From assembly GCA_034439575.1 (NCBI GenBank), contig JAWXAQ010000012.1, positions 32,001 through 96,000 on the forward strand: a stretch of 64,000 nt of DNA. Reading direction: 5' to 3'. Numbering within the stretch: the stretch's first letter is position 1; each line of letters opens with the position of its first letter. Origin of the DNA: Leptospira sp. (GTDB lineage Bacteria > Spirochaetota > Leptospiria > Leptospirales > Leptospiraceae). Shown one piece after another: positions 38,752 to 47,445 of this stretch. The position numbers and the translations under genes are program-made. The notes under the pieces were generated by a model that was given only the letters and a program-made list of their open reading frames with translations, was not told where the DNA came from and searched no databases.

Positions 38752-39813
38752 ATGTTAATTTTTTTCTTATTCAGAATTCTTTTTTTTTTAGTTATTATTT
38801 CTCATTTGTTTGCTTGTCAACCAGCTAAATTAGAAAATTCATGTGACCCGAAAGCATTTAATAAACGTATAGAATTGCTCCTATTACAGAATTATTTTCG
38901 AAGCCAAATCGGTTTTTGTGGAGAAAGAATCAGTGGACTCTACAGCTCAGATTCGGGGTCAGAGACAGGTGTTCCAGGATTCTCACTTAGTCAAACCGCT
39001 GGTACAGTATCCGAGAGCGGTATTAGCCTAAGTGTTGGTTCATCCTTTACGATTAACATTGTACTTAACACGAAGCCAACGCAAAATGTTTTGTTTACGA
39101 TGACATCCACGAACACATCTTATGGTTTGGTATCTCCTTCCACTCTTACTTTCAATTCTGGAAATTGGAATACTAAACAAGAATTTAGAGTAACTGGTGT
39201 TAATAATGCAATTATAGATGGTACACGAAACTTTCAAATTACGATTGATCCATCAGTAAGTTCTGATCCAAATTATTCCGCATTAAATAACAAATTCATA
39301 AGCATGTCGATTACAGATAATGATAAGAAAATTTTTCAAACTACAACTACACACCAAGGAAGTTTAGGCGGGGTAGCAGGGGCGGATACTATTTGTCAAA
39401 CTGATGCTGGTTGTGCGAGTGGCAAAGTCTGCAAGGCTATCATTGCGGATCGCGCCGGATCTCGGATTGCCTCTGTAACTCCAGATGTTGGAGACGGACA
39501 AGTGAATTGGATACTTACTCCCTTCGCACACTATTATCAGTCAAATGGAACTTCTTTGATTTCAAATACTAACGCTAATTCACTTTTAGTCTTTCCATTT
39601 ACAAATTTTGTTGCGGCTACACTCACACCATGGAGTGGGTTCATCGATGATGGCCAGTGGGAGGCAAGTACAAATCACTGTCTTTCTTGGACTTCCAATA
39701 ATGTTGGAGATAACGGTGGAGAATTCATTAGCTCAGGCACGACAATGAGTGCATTCTTTGGACCATTTAATAGCTGTAATAATACTTTTCCGTTACTTTG
39801 TGCAGAACAATGA
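38752..39813 (+). CDS. DUF1554 (endostatin-like, Len-type) lipoprotein
   Basis: Lipobox LFA-C-QPAKLENSCDP; Calx-beta-like LTFNSGNWNTKQ; KKIF...HQGSLGGVAGADTIC...NWIL...CLSW...LLCAEQ. Confidence 0.88.
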   Translation: MLIFFLFRILFFLVIISHLFACQPAKLENSCDPKAFNKRIELLLLQNYFRSQIGFCGERISGLYSSDSGSETGVPGFSLSQTAGTVSESGISLSVGSSFTINIVLNTKPTQNVLFTMTSTNTSYGLVSPSTLTFNSGNWNTKQEFRVTGVNNAIIDGTRNFQITIDPSVSSDPNYSALNNKFISMSITDNDKKIFQTTTTHQGSLGGVAGADTICQTDAGCASGKVCKAIIADRAGSRIASVTPDVGDGQVNWILTPFAHYYQSNGTSLISNTNANSLLVFPFTNFVAATLTPWSGFIDDGQWEASTNHCLSWTSNNVGDNGGEFISSGTTMSAFFGPFNSCNNTFPLLCAEQ

Positions 39814-40224
39814 TCCCGTTTTACGAAAAGATAATTCTTATATTGATTGAAGCGGTGGGATCGGGTATATTAACAATGATTCCTCTAGATAACAAATCCG
39901 AGGCGCCCTTGAGGCAAATTGGTAAAGAAGCAAGCTTGTTTCGGTTATGCGAAATCTTAGATTTGAATAGCAACATTAGTATAGTAACTAAGGGCGTATT
40001 TTCATGAAAACACCTTGACTATTATTTCCATAAGGATATGAATTTGAAATTGAATTACCTGTAGTGGAATATTGGAATTTTGTATTGTCACAGAATTGCC
40101 CATCAATGAATAGTTTTTCTTACGGGCCGATCCTTTTGTTTGGTTACAAATTTAGACTTCAAATTTCCAATATCGGTTTTAACAAAATTTGTTTTCGTCC
40201 AAGCCGTTGGAGACGGTAAATTTT

Positions 40225-40971
40225 ATGATAATCATACCTATTCCGGAAGAGGATTTTGATCCTTCAGAAACAAGTATCCCTTGGAAAATATTAACAAATC
40301 ACCAAATCAAAGTTCAATTTTCAACTCCGAATGGAAAACCTGGACATGCAGATGAACGAATGTTGAAAGGCACAGGATTGGGTATATTAAAAAAATCGCT
40401 AATGGCAAATTCGGATGCACTTGCCTGTTATGCGGAAATGGAAAAAGATATAAGTTTTTTAAATCCGATTCCTTATGATCAAATCAAAGAAGAACAATTC
40501 GCGGGTATGATTTTACCAGGTGGACATGCAAAAGGTATGAAACCTTATTTGGAATCTAAAGTATTGCAAAATTTGATTGTAAAGTTTTTTAAGAATAATA
40601 AACCAGTCGGAGCTATTTGTCATGGTGTGTTGCTCGTGGCAAGGAGCATCGACCCAAACACGAATCTTTCGATTTTGAACGACTATCATACGACTTCCTT
40701 ACTCAAAAGACAAGAGTTGTTGGCTTATCATTTAACAAGACTTTGGCTTGGAGATTATTATTTAACCTATCCTATTACTGTTGAAGATGAAATTAAAACA
40801 TTCTTAAAAGAAAAAGATCAGTTTCACCGAGGAAATATTGGACTTATTAGAGATTCAGAACATAATCTAAATTCTGGTTTTACGGTTTTAGATCGTAACT
40901 TTCTCTCTGCTAGGTGGCCAGGGGATGCACATAAATTTTCATATGATTTTATAAATTTATTGAATCACTAG
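40225..40971 (+). CDS. DJ-1/PfpI (type 1 glutamine amidotransferase-like) protein
   Basis: FDPSE, LPGGH, nucleophile GAICHG, SARWPGD; track start 40189. Confidence 0.9.
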   Translation: MIIIPIPEEDFDPSETSIPWKILTNHQIKVQFSTPNGKPGHADERMLKGTGLGILKKSLMANSDALACYAEMEKDISFLNPIPYDQIKEEQFAGMILPGGHAKGMKPYLESKVLQNLIVKFFKNNKPVGAICHGVLLVARSIDPNTNLSILNDYHTTSLLKRQELLAYHLTRLWLGDYYLTYPITVEDEIKTFLKEKDQFHRGNIGLIRDSEHNLNSGFTVLDRNFLSARWPGDAHKFSYDFINLLNH

Positions 40972-42460
40972 AAAGATTTGCAACTTTCATCGCCAGTTTT
41001 TGATTCTTGTGAAAATCATCCCCACTTTCTGGATCTCGATTTAAAAGATAGTTTTGAACCGATGGTGCGAAAAAAAGTGCAATGACTGAGTTAAAATTTT
41101 CGGCACCTTTTTTGGTGAGCGAAAGGCAATGATTTGGATAAGGTATATTTTTATCTAAATATAATTCAGATCCATTCGTAGAATTTGTATATGCCATATA
41201 ATCGTTTTCTAATACATATTTCACTGTTTTCGGATAAAATTCTTCTAAGGAAATTTTAAATTTTTCTTTAAAGGCAAAAAGATTGATTTCTCCAAAATAA
41301 AAACTAACGGCAATCATTTTCGCCGTCATTTGAATTTTTGGTAAATGGTATAAATCTTGAATTGGGAGAATTTTTGAATTCGTTTTATTCAAGTAAGGTG
41401 AAAGATTTTTACCAATAGAACCAGCATTATAGGAAATTGTATTATCAGTAAAACTTTGTGCGCCAAGGCCTAGACCTAAATAGGATCTACCTTGGATGAC
41501 ACGTTTTGTCAAATAAGTGCTTGTTCCTGTATCGTTTTTGATTCGTACATATGTATTTTTACCAGGATTGGCAAAATATCCAGCATCGTTTAGTATTAGC
41601 TTGGCGAGATTCGCTTGATCTTTGACTTTTTGCAGATCTACTAAATGCGCCTGATCTGATATCCGAGTCAATTTGTAACGCATTCTATACAGTGTGATAT
41701 ATTCAGGGGCGAGTGCAATGGTATGACGCAGAGTATGTTCGAGAGATGTAAGAGATTGGTTCGCAAATCCATACATGATATCCAGGTTTATTTTTTGAAA
41801 ACCTGCGACACGCATATGTTCCATTGCAGTTTTATGATGATTAATTCCATTTTCACTTCTACCTAAAATTTTCAAGAGATCTGGCTCAGTCACTTGCAAG
41901 CCCATACTGATTCTACGAATTCCCGTGATGTAATAAGCTTTTATTTTTTCAGGTTCCAAACTTGCAATTTTGGGAGTGGTTTCTATACTGATTTCACAAT
42001 CTTCACTTATATTAAAATATTGATTAACATCCGCTATGTGTTTTTCAATTAAACTCGATTCTAAAAAAGAAGGAGTTCCACCTCCAATATCAAAACCAAC
42101 TATCTTTTTTTTCCCAATCAGCTCTCTATACAATTGTAGTTCATGTTTTAAACCTAACATATATTCGTTAGTTTGATCTAATTCTTTTTTTGCTACAACA
42201 GTATATTCACAAAAGTAACATCTTGTTTCGCAAAACGGAATATGTGTATAAAGATTAATTTCATTCAAGTGAGAGAATGACTTTTCAATCGTATTTTGAA
42301 TATTCTCTTGTTTAACTCTGTAGGATTTCCAAGTTTCATCATGCGCAATGGGGTAAGCTGTATTCGATATATGATGGTTTCTTTCTCCACTTGTAAAAAT
42401 AGATGAACAATCATAATTTTTAGAATCAGAAGTATCAGGTTCTGGCCAATTTGGAATCAT
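40949..42460 (-). CDS. HemN-like (class C) radical SAM enzyme
   Basis: LYTHIPFCETRCYFC (CxxxCxxC), GGGTPS, RISMGLQ, DIMYG, YLGLGLGAQS. Confidence 0.9.
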   Translation of the reverse strand: MIPNWPEPDTSDSKNYDCSSIFTSGERNHHISNTAYPIAHDETWKSYRVKQENIQNTIEKSFSHLNEINLYTHIPFCETRCYFCEYTVVAKKELDQTNEYMLGLKHELQLYRELIGKKKIVGFDIGGGTPSFLESSLIEKHIADVNQYFNISEDCEISIETTPKIASLEPEKIKAYYITGIRRISMGLQVTEPDLLKILGRSENGINHHKTAMEHMRVAGFQKINLDIMYGFANQSLTSLEHTLRHTIALAPEYITLYRMRYKLTRISDQAHLVDLQKVKDQANLAKLILNDAGYFANPGKNTYVRIKNDTGTSTYLTKRVIQGRSYLGLGLGAQSFTDNTISYNAGSIGKNLSPYLNKTNSKILPIQDLYHLPKIQMTAKMIAVSFYFGEINLFAFKEKFKISLEEFYPKTVKYVLENDYMAYTNSTNGSELYLDKNIPYPNHCLSLTKKGAENFNSVIALFFAPSVQNYLLNRDPESGDDFHKNQKLAMKVANLSSDSINL

Positions 42461-44124
42461 TGTTTTTCAAGGTAAACGGAGAGTAGGCGGTATCCTCCCG
42501 AAACATTTATCGCTGGTATATGATGATCTTTTAGAATTTGGTAGGCGAGATGCCCGCGTCTTCCCGTCTCACTGATAAGTGCAATTTGTGTGGCGCGAGA
42601 AAAATTCAATTTTTGTAATAACTCAGGCATATTTGTACGAATTGATTCTAGTGGTAACCAAAAATCAGAACCCATATTGAATCGTTCATTCCCACCCACA
42701 TCTAGGAGAAAATATTTTTCCCTATTTTGGATTAATTCTTTTGGATCTAACATGTCTGTAAGATGGTCTATCTTTTGTAATGCGACTATAGCTGCAATAT
42801 TCAAAACATCTCTCGAAGTTCCAAAGGCAGGTGAATACGCAAAATCCATATTAGCTAATTCACTCAATGTCATTTTCTTAGCAATGGCAATGGACCCCGC
42901 ATCCAATCTTGATTTTATATTTTTTCCAATCATATCAATACCGAGTAATCTATGATTTTTTTTATGATAGATTAATTCTAAGGTAATTTTTTCGCTCCCA
43001 GGAAAATAACTTTCTTTGTCATTACCGTGCACAAGGACTTTATCAACTTTATTTTTGTTATAGGTTTCCATTGATTGTTTCCAAGTAAGGCCTGTTCGAC
43101 CCACTTCCTTGTCGCAAGCAAGCCTAAGTATCATACTTGCTGTAAAATTCTCTAATTTAACTTTTTTTCCAGCGGCATTAGCGCCTGCTACTTGAGCCGT
43201 TTTATCAGAGACTGCCGCTTGTGGAATCCATAAGTCACCATAAATACTTGGCACCGATACACAAATACTACAGGCATAGATATTTTTAATATTTGTTTGG
43301 CAGTGACGATTGATTTTGATGGTTCCATCTTTATGAAGTTTGACGCCAGAGTTTTTAAGAATTTCAGTCCTAGGTTTGACACCAATCGCAGAAATAATAT
43401 AGTCAATGCTTACTTGTATTCCATCAATGATAACATCCGTTACTAAATCATTTGTTGCTCGAAACTTAATTAAATTTACCCCCGTAAAAATTTTTATTTT
43501 TTGATTTAATCCAGATTCAGCAAGTTTAGATATATTTTCGCTAAATTGTGGAAGGATACTCGTTTCCTTTTCGACTAAAATAACGGATGCACCACCTCTT
43601 ACACAACCGTCGACTGCTTCAAGGCCCATAGAGCCTCCACCAAGAACTAATATGCGTTTGTTGCCAGATTTAATTTGATTCTGAATATGTGCCAAATCAT
43701 CAAGAGTTCGAAAGTACCTATAGTTTTTATATTCTTTATGTAAACCATCGGGATGTATGGATGAAGCACCCGTGGCAAAAATCAATTTATCATAAACTAG
43801 TTCATTTAATCCATCAGGTGAAGTAAGATATAGTGTATTTGTTTTTGGTTCGATCCGATTCACTTCTGTTTTGGTATAAACTTCGATATTATAAATGTTT
43901 TTAAAATAATCTTCTCTTTCTCTATTTAAGTTTTCTAAATCTGGAACTTCTCCACTCAAATGAAATGATAAACCTGCCATCGCATAACTTACGCGTGTAT
44001 TTCTTTCAATGAGGACAATTCTTGCTGTGCTGTCGATTTCTCTTGCTCTCGATGCAGCCACAGGACCTGCAAGGGCTGCACCAATGATCACAATTGTTTT
44101 TGGAAGTTTATAGGTGTCTGGCAT
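42457..44124 (-). CDS. CoA-disulfide reductase / NADH oxidase-like flavoprotein with C-terminal rhodanese-like domain, catalytic Cys residues absent
   Basis: IVIIGAALAG, ATGA, VLGGGSMGLE, DFAYSPAF, NVSGGY; SYAMAGL in place of SF/YANCGL; ISETGRRG in place of CxxGxRG. Confidence 0.85.
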   Translation of the reverse strand: MPDTYKLPKTIVIIGAALAGPVAASRAREIDSTARIVLIERNTRVSYAMAGLSFHLSGEVPDLENLNREREDYFKNIYNIEVYTKTEVNRIEPKTNTLYLTSPDGLNELVYDKLIFATGASSIHPDGLHKEYKNYRYFRTLDDLAHIQNQIKSGNKRILVLGGGSMGLEAVDGCVRGGASVILVEKETSILPQFSENISKLAESGLNQKIKIFTGVNLIKFRATNDLVTDVIIDGIQVSIDYIISAIGVKPRTEILKNSGVKLHKDGTIKINRHCQTNIKNIYACSICVSVPSIYGDLWIPQAAVSDKTAQVAGANAAGKKVKLENFTASMILRLACDKEVGRTGLTWKQSMETYNKNKVDKVLVHGNDKESYFPGSEKITLELIYHKKNHRLLGIDMIGKNIKSRLDAGSIAIAKKMTLSELANMDFAYSPAFGTSRDVLNIAAIVALQKIDHLTDMLDPKELIQNREKYFLLDVGGNERFNMGSDFWLPLESIRTNMPELLQKLNFSRATQIALISETGRRGHLAYQILKDHHIPAINVSGGYRLLSVYLEKQ

Positions 44125-44171
44125 ACGAAATAGAATACTTATTTTAAAAAATAGGCAACTATTTCTGAAAA

Positions 44172-45233
44172 TTAAATAAGTTTTACTTCTTCCAATTGCT
44201 TAATATGCTCAACTAGCGTTTCAGAAATGGGACGATAAGAAATTCCAAGGTCTTTTATGCTGTAACTATGATCTAGTCCAAAAGAAATCCCTATATTTTT
44301 GTTGATATATTGCCAACTTAAACCAAAAAAAGGTCCAAGCAAATAGGCAAGGGATTTCGGTAAAGTCAAACGCGGAATCAAAAGTTTATTTGGAAAATGA
44401 GTTTTTAGAATTGTAGCCATTTCCAAAATACTCATTACATGCGCAGAAACGATATGACGACCACTCGCTTTATCATTCAGTGCCGCGGCGATGTGAGCGA
44501 GGGCCACATCTCTCACATCTACGACTCCCATATATAATGTAGGAACACCTGTAACAAATTTTCCATTTACCATAGAACGCATAAAATTAACACTTGTTCC
44601 ATCTACTCTTTCCGAAAGCGAAGGTCCTAATACAAAGGATGGATTGATCGTAGTCAGTTTCCATTTGTTTTGTGAATCATGGATTTTCCAAGCTTCCTTT
44701 TCCGCTAAAACCTTTGAATAAGGATAAGGTTGGTGACTGAGACTACTTGTTTCATTCCAATACGTTTCATCTAATATTTTGTTCGGTGCCTTTTCGGCAT
44801 CGATACTGTCTCCCATAACGGATGCCACACTCGAAGTTAACACAACTCGTTTTACAGAATTTGATTTATTAACCGAGTTTAAAACATTTTTTGTCCCAAA
44901 TAATGCAGGTTTTACGAGTTCATTCTCTGGATCTTTGATCCCTTCGATAAAAAAAGGAGAAGCCATATGTATAACAATTTCAACGCCACCTTCAGCATTA
45001 ATCGCATCATGAAATGAATTTTCTTTTAATAAATCAGCTTCAAAAAATTCCAATTTTTTGGGATGTTCGTTTGCCAAACTGAGTAGGTGTTTTATTTTCG
45101 AATTGTCATTTTTTGATCTAACAGTAGTCCGAACGGAATATCCGTCTTCTAATAGGTATTTGATGACCCAAGACGCAATGTAACCAGCACCTCCGGTAAC
45201 GAGTAATGGTTTTTTGGTTTTTAATTCAGGCAT
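44172..45233 (-). CDS. extended SDR, NAD-dependent epimerase/dehydratase (dihydroflavonol-reductase-like)
   Basis: [44 protein letters not shown]. Confidence 0.9.
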   Translation of the reverse strand: MPELKTKKPLLVTGGAGYIASWVIKYLLEDGYSVRTTVRSKNDNSKIKHLLSLANEHPKKLEFFEADLLKENSFHDAINAEGGVEIVIHMASPFFIEGIKDPENELVKPALFGTKNVLNSVNKSNSVKRVVLTSSVASVMGDSIDAEKAPNKILDETYWNETSSLSHQPYPYSKVLAEKEAWKIHDSQNKWKLTTINPSFVLGPSLSERVDGTSVNFMRSMVNGKFVTGVPTLYMGVVDVRDVALAHIAAALNDKASGRHIVSAHVMSILEMATILKTHFPNKLLIPRLTLPKSLAYLLGPFFGLSWQYINKNIGISFGLDHSYSIKDLGISYRPISETLVEHIKQLEEVKLI

Positions 45234-45321
45234 ATAACATTTTCCTTTTGGTTGATTTATAATTTTTATTAAAAGATCAAACTTGAAAACATTAATAAAT
45301 CATTATCATTTCATTAAATCT

Positions 45322-47445
45322 TTAAAATTTCAATAATCCAGTCCAATCCTCTGCCGGAGGACGTAGTATAAATTCATTAATACGCATTTTATATACTTTG
45401 GCGACACTGTCAGTCGGGCAAATCGCCAAACATTCGTCAAATAAGTCTAATGCCCGAGAGAAATTGCGAGATCTATATTCTTGTTGCCCTGCAAAAAATT
45501 GGGGATAGGTTTTATTTTTCAGTTCTATAATTGATTCTGATTCTGCATTTAACACTTCATAAATGACAACAGGTAAACTTTTACCTTTTACTATGACTGA
45601 ATCGATTTCACGAAATTGCAAACTATTTGATTCATTTACCCCGCGACAAACACTATCACTTACAATGAGTGAAATGCCATAATATTTTGTCAGACCTTCG
45701 AGTCTTGACGCTAGATTGACATTGTCACCAATGACTGTCGTATCCAAACGGTTTGCTTCACCAACTGTCCCTAACATAACACTCCCATGGTGAATTCCGA
45801 ATCCTGCATTCAGTGTAAAATCTTTAATGATTTGGTCACGCATGCAATCCACTTCTTTTTTCATCTCTAGTGCCGCATTTACTGCGTCATTTGGTCCTCC
45901 TGGAAAGAGCGCCATGATCGCATCGCCAATATATTTATCAATAAATCCATTGTGATTAGAAATAATTGGACCTAATCTTTCCATATATTCATTTAGAATA
46001 TTAAAGACTTCTTTTGCAGATTTTGACTCTGATAGTTCCGTAAAATTTCTAATATCAGAAAATAGTATACTTAAGTTCTGTTCAACCGAATCACCACGGT
46101 AGACTTCAAGTATGGTTTTTCTTTTTAATATTTCCAAAAATTGGTTCGGAACAAAACGTGAAATGGATTCATTAATTTTTTTTTCTTCTTCCAAGGCTCT
46201 TTCTTTAGATAAAAGCAATTCCTTTCTCGCACTTTCTTTATCTTTTGTTAGGCTGTTTATGCGGTCACCAATACCAAGGCTTAAAAATACACCTTCTAAA
46301 AAGCTACCATACATGGGGCTATAAGCAATAAAGCTGGAATAGTCTGTGAGTCCCAGATTCATCGCAATATACAAAAGTATGCTCACTATTAAAAAAGACC
46401 AAGCAATTAGAAAATTTCTGGCTCCTGAATATCCTTGTTTAAATCGAGTTACGGCTGCTATGCTAATTAAAAATATGGAAATTGTGGGGACAACATTTGC
46501 AATGAACACTTGTTGCATGAGAGATAAAAAATGAAGTGATACTAAAGACAAAAAGGCAACAAGGATAGAAATTTTAAATGCTTTCTCCATCTTGGAATTT
46601 TCTTTTTTGGGAAAAAGGAAGGCTAATGCAAAAAAATTCACCGCTATAGTGGATATAAGGGAAGTGATAGGACCTAACATAATGATGGTAATGTTTTGTG
46701 AATAGTCTATGAAAGGCATCCATTGATTCATTGAATTAAATAGAAAAAACACAAAACTTAAAATATAAAGGCAATAGTAAATGAAAAGTTTTTCACGTAG
46801 TGAAATAAATAAAACTAAGTTATAACAAAATAATAGTATCATCGCGCCGTAATAAGCGCCAGAAATAATATCTGTGAGTTTGCTGAATGGAATGTATGCT
46901 TCTTCTGAGAAAAAGCGTAAAGGAACAAGAGTTGGACCTGCGGTTTGAATCTGCAGATAAAATCTTTTGACTTCTTTATTCTTTAAGATAAAGGGAAACA
47001 GAGGATGTTTATTTGGATATGCCATTTCATATTTGGGCACGCGTCTACCGGCCGCTAAACTTTTGTATTCTTTTTCTCCAAAAGGTACATAATAAAATTT
47101 TACATACGGAAGAGAAGGGGAATCAATAGATAGTATCCATTTTTCAATATCCGTATTTGTGCCTAGATCCAGTCGAATCCAAAGGGTAGTTTCTAATATT
47201 CCAAACGAGGTATTGTGTTTTGATCTGATCCATTTATCATCAGTAAGCTTTGTTACGGATGATATAGACAATTGGTTTGTATCATCAAAAAGATAAACAG
47301 ATGAAGAATTTCCATATAACCAACGTTCGTTTGGAATTAATTTTAGTATCCCGCTTCCATCATTCCCTTCATTTACTTTGCAAGAGTGTGAAATAACAAT
47401 TGCAAAAAGTATAAAAAGAAAGTGAAAGAAACGAGAATGAATCAT
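45322..47445 (-). CDS. 7TM-DISM adenylate/guanylate cyclase
   Basis: DISMED2 + 7TM; LFSDIRNFT, IDKYIGDA, DTTVIGDNVNLASR, VKGK; C-terminal TPR-like helix pair. Confidence 0.92.
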   Translation of the reverse strand: MIHSRFFHFLFILFAIVISHSCKVNEGNDGSGILKLIPNERWLYGNSSSVYLFDDTNQLSISSVTKLTDDKWIRSKHNTSFGILETTLWIRLDLGTNTDIEKWILSIDSPSLPYVKFYYVPFGEKEYKSLAAGRRVPKYEMAYPNKHPLFPFILKNKEVKRFYLQIQTAGPTLVPLRFFSEEAYIPFSKLTDIISGAYYGAMILLFCYNLVLFISLREKLFIYYCLYILSFVFFLFNSMNQWMPFIDYSQNITIIMLGPITSLISTIAVNFFALAFLFPKKENSKMEKAFKISILVAFLSLVSLHFLSLMQQVFIANVVPTISIFLISIAAVTRFKQGYSGARNFLIAWSFLIVSILLYIAMNLGLTDYSSFIAYSPMYGSFLEGVFLSLGIGDRINSLTKDKESARKELLLSKERALEEEKKINESISRFVPNQFLEILKRKTILEVYRGDSVEQNLSILFSDIRNFTELSESKSAKEVFNILNEYMERLGPIISNHNGFIDKYIGDAIMALFPGGPNDAVNAALEMKKEVDCMRDQIIKDFTLNAGFGIHHGSVMLGTVGEANRLDTTVIGDNVNLASRLEGLTKYYGISLIVSDSVCRGVNESNSLQFREIDSVIVKGKSLPVVIYEVLNAESESIIELKNKTYPQFFAGQQEYRSRNFSRALDLFDECLAICPTDSVAKVYKMRINEFILRPPAEDWTGLLKF

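Noticed and set aside
39798-40140. 69-aa ORF 39798..40007 and a possible minus-strand gene fragment (KLFIDG...) near 40020-40140
   Set aside because: No RBS or recognisable domain; too short to support by eye.
40949-42460. Naming the radical SAM gene hemN or hemW
   Set aside because: The diagnostic fourth Cys (HemN) and HNxxYW (HemW) are absent.
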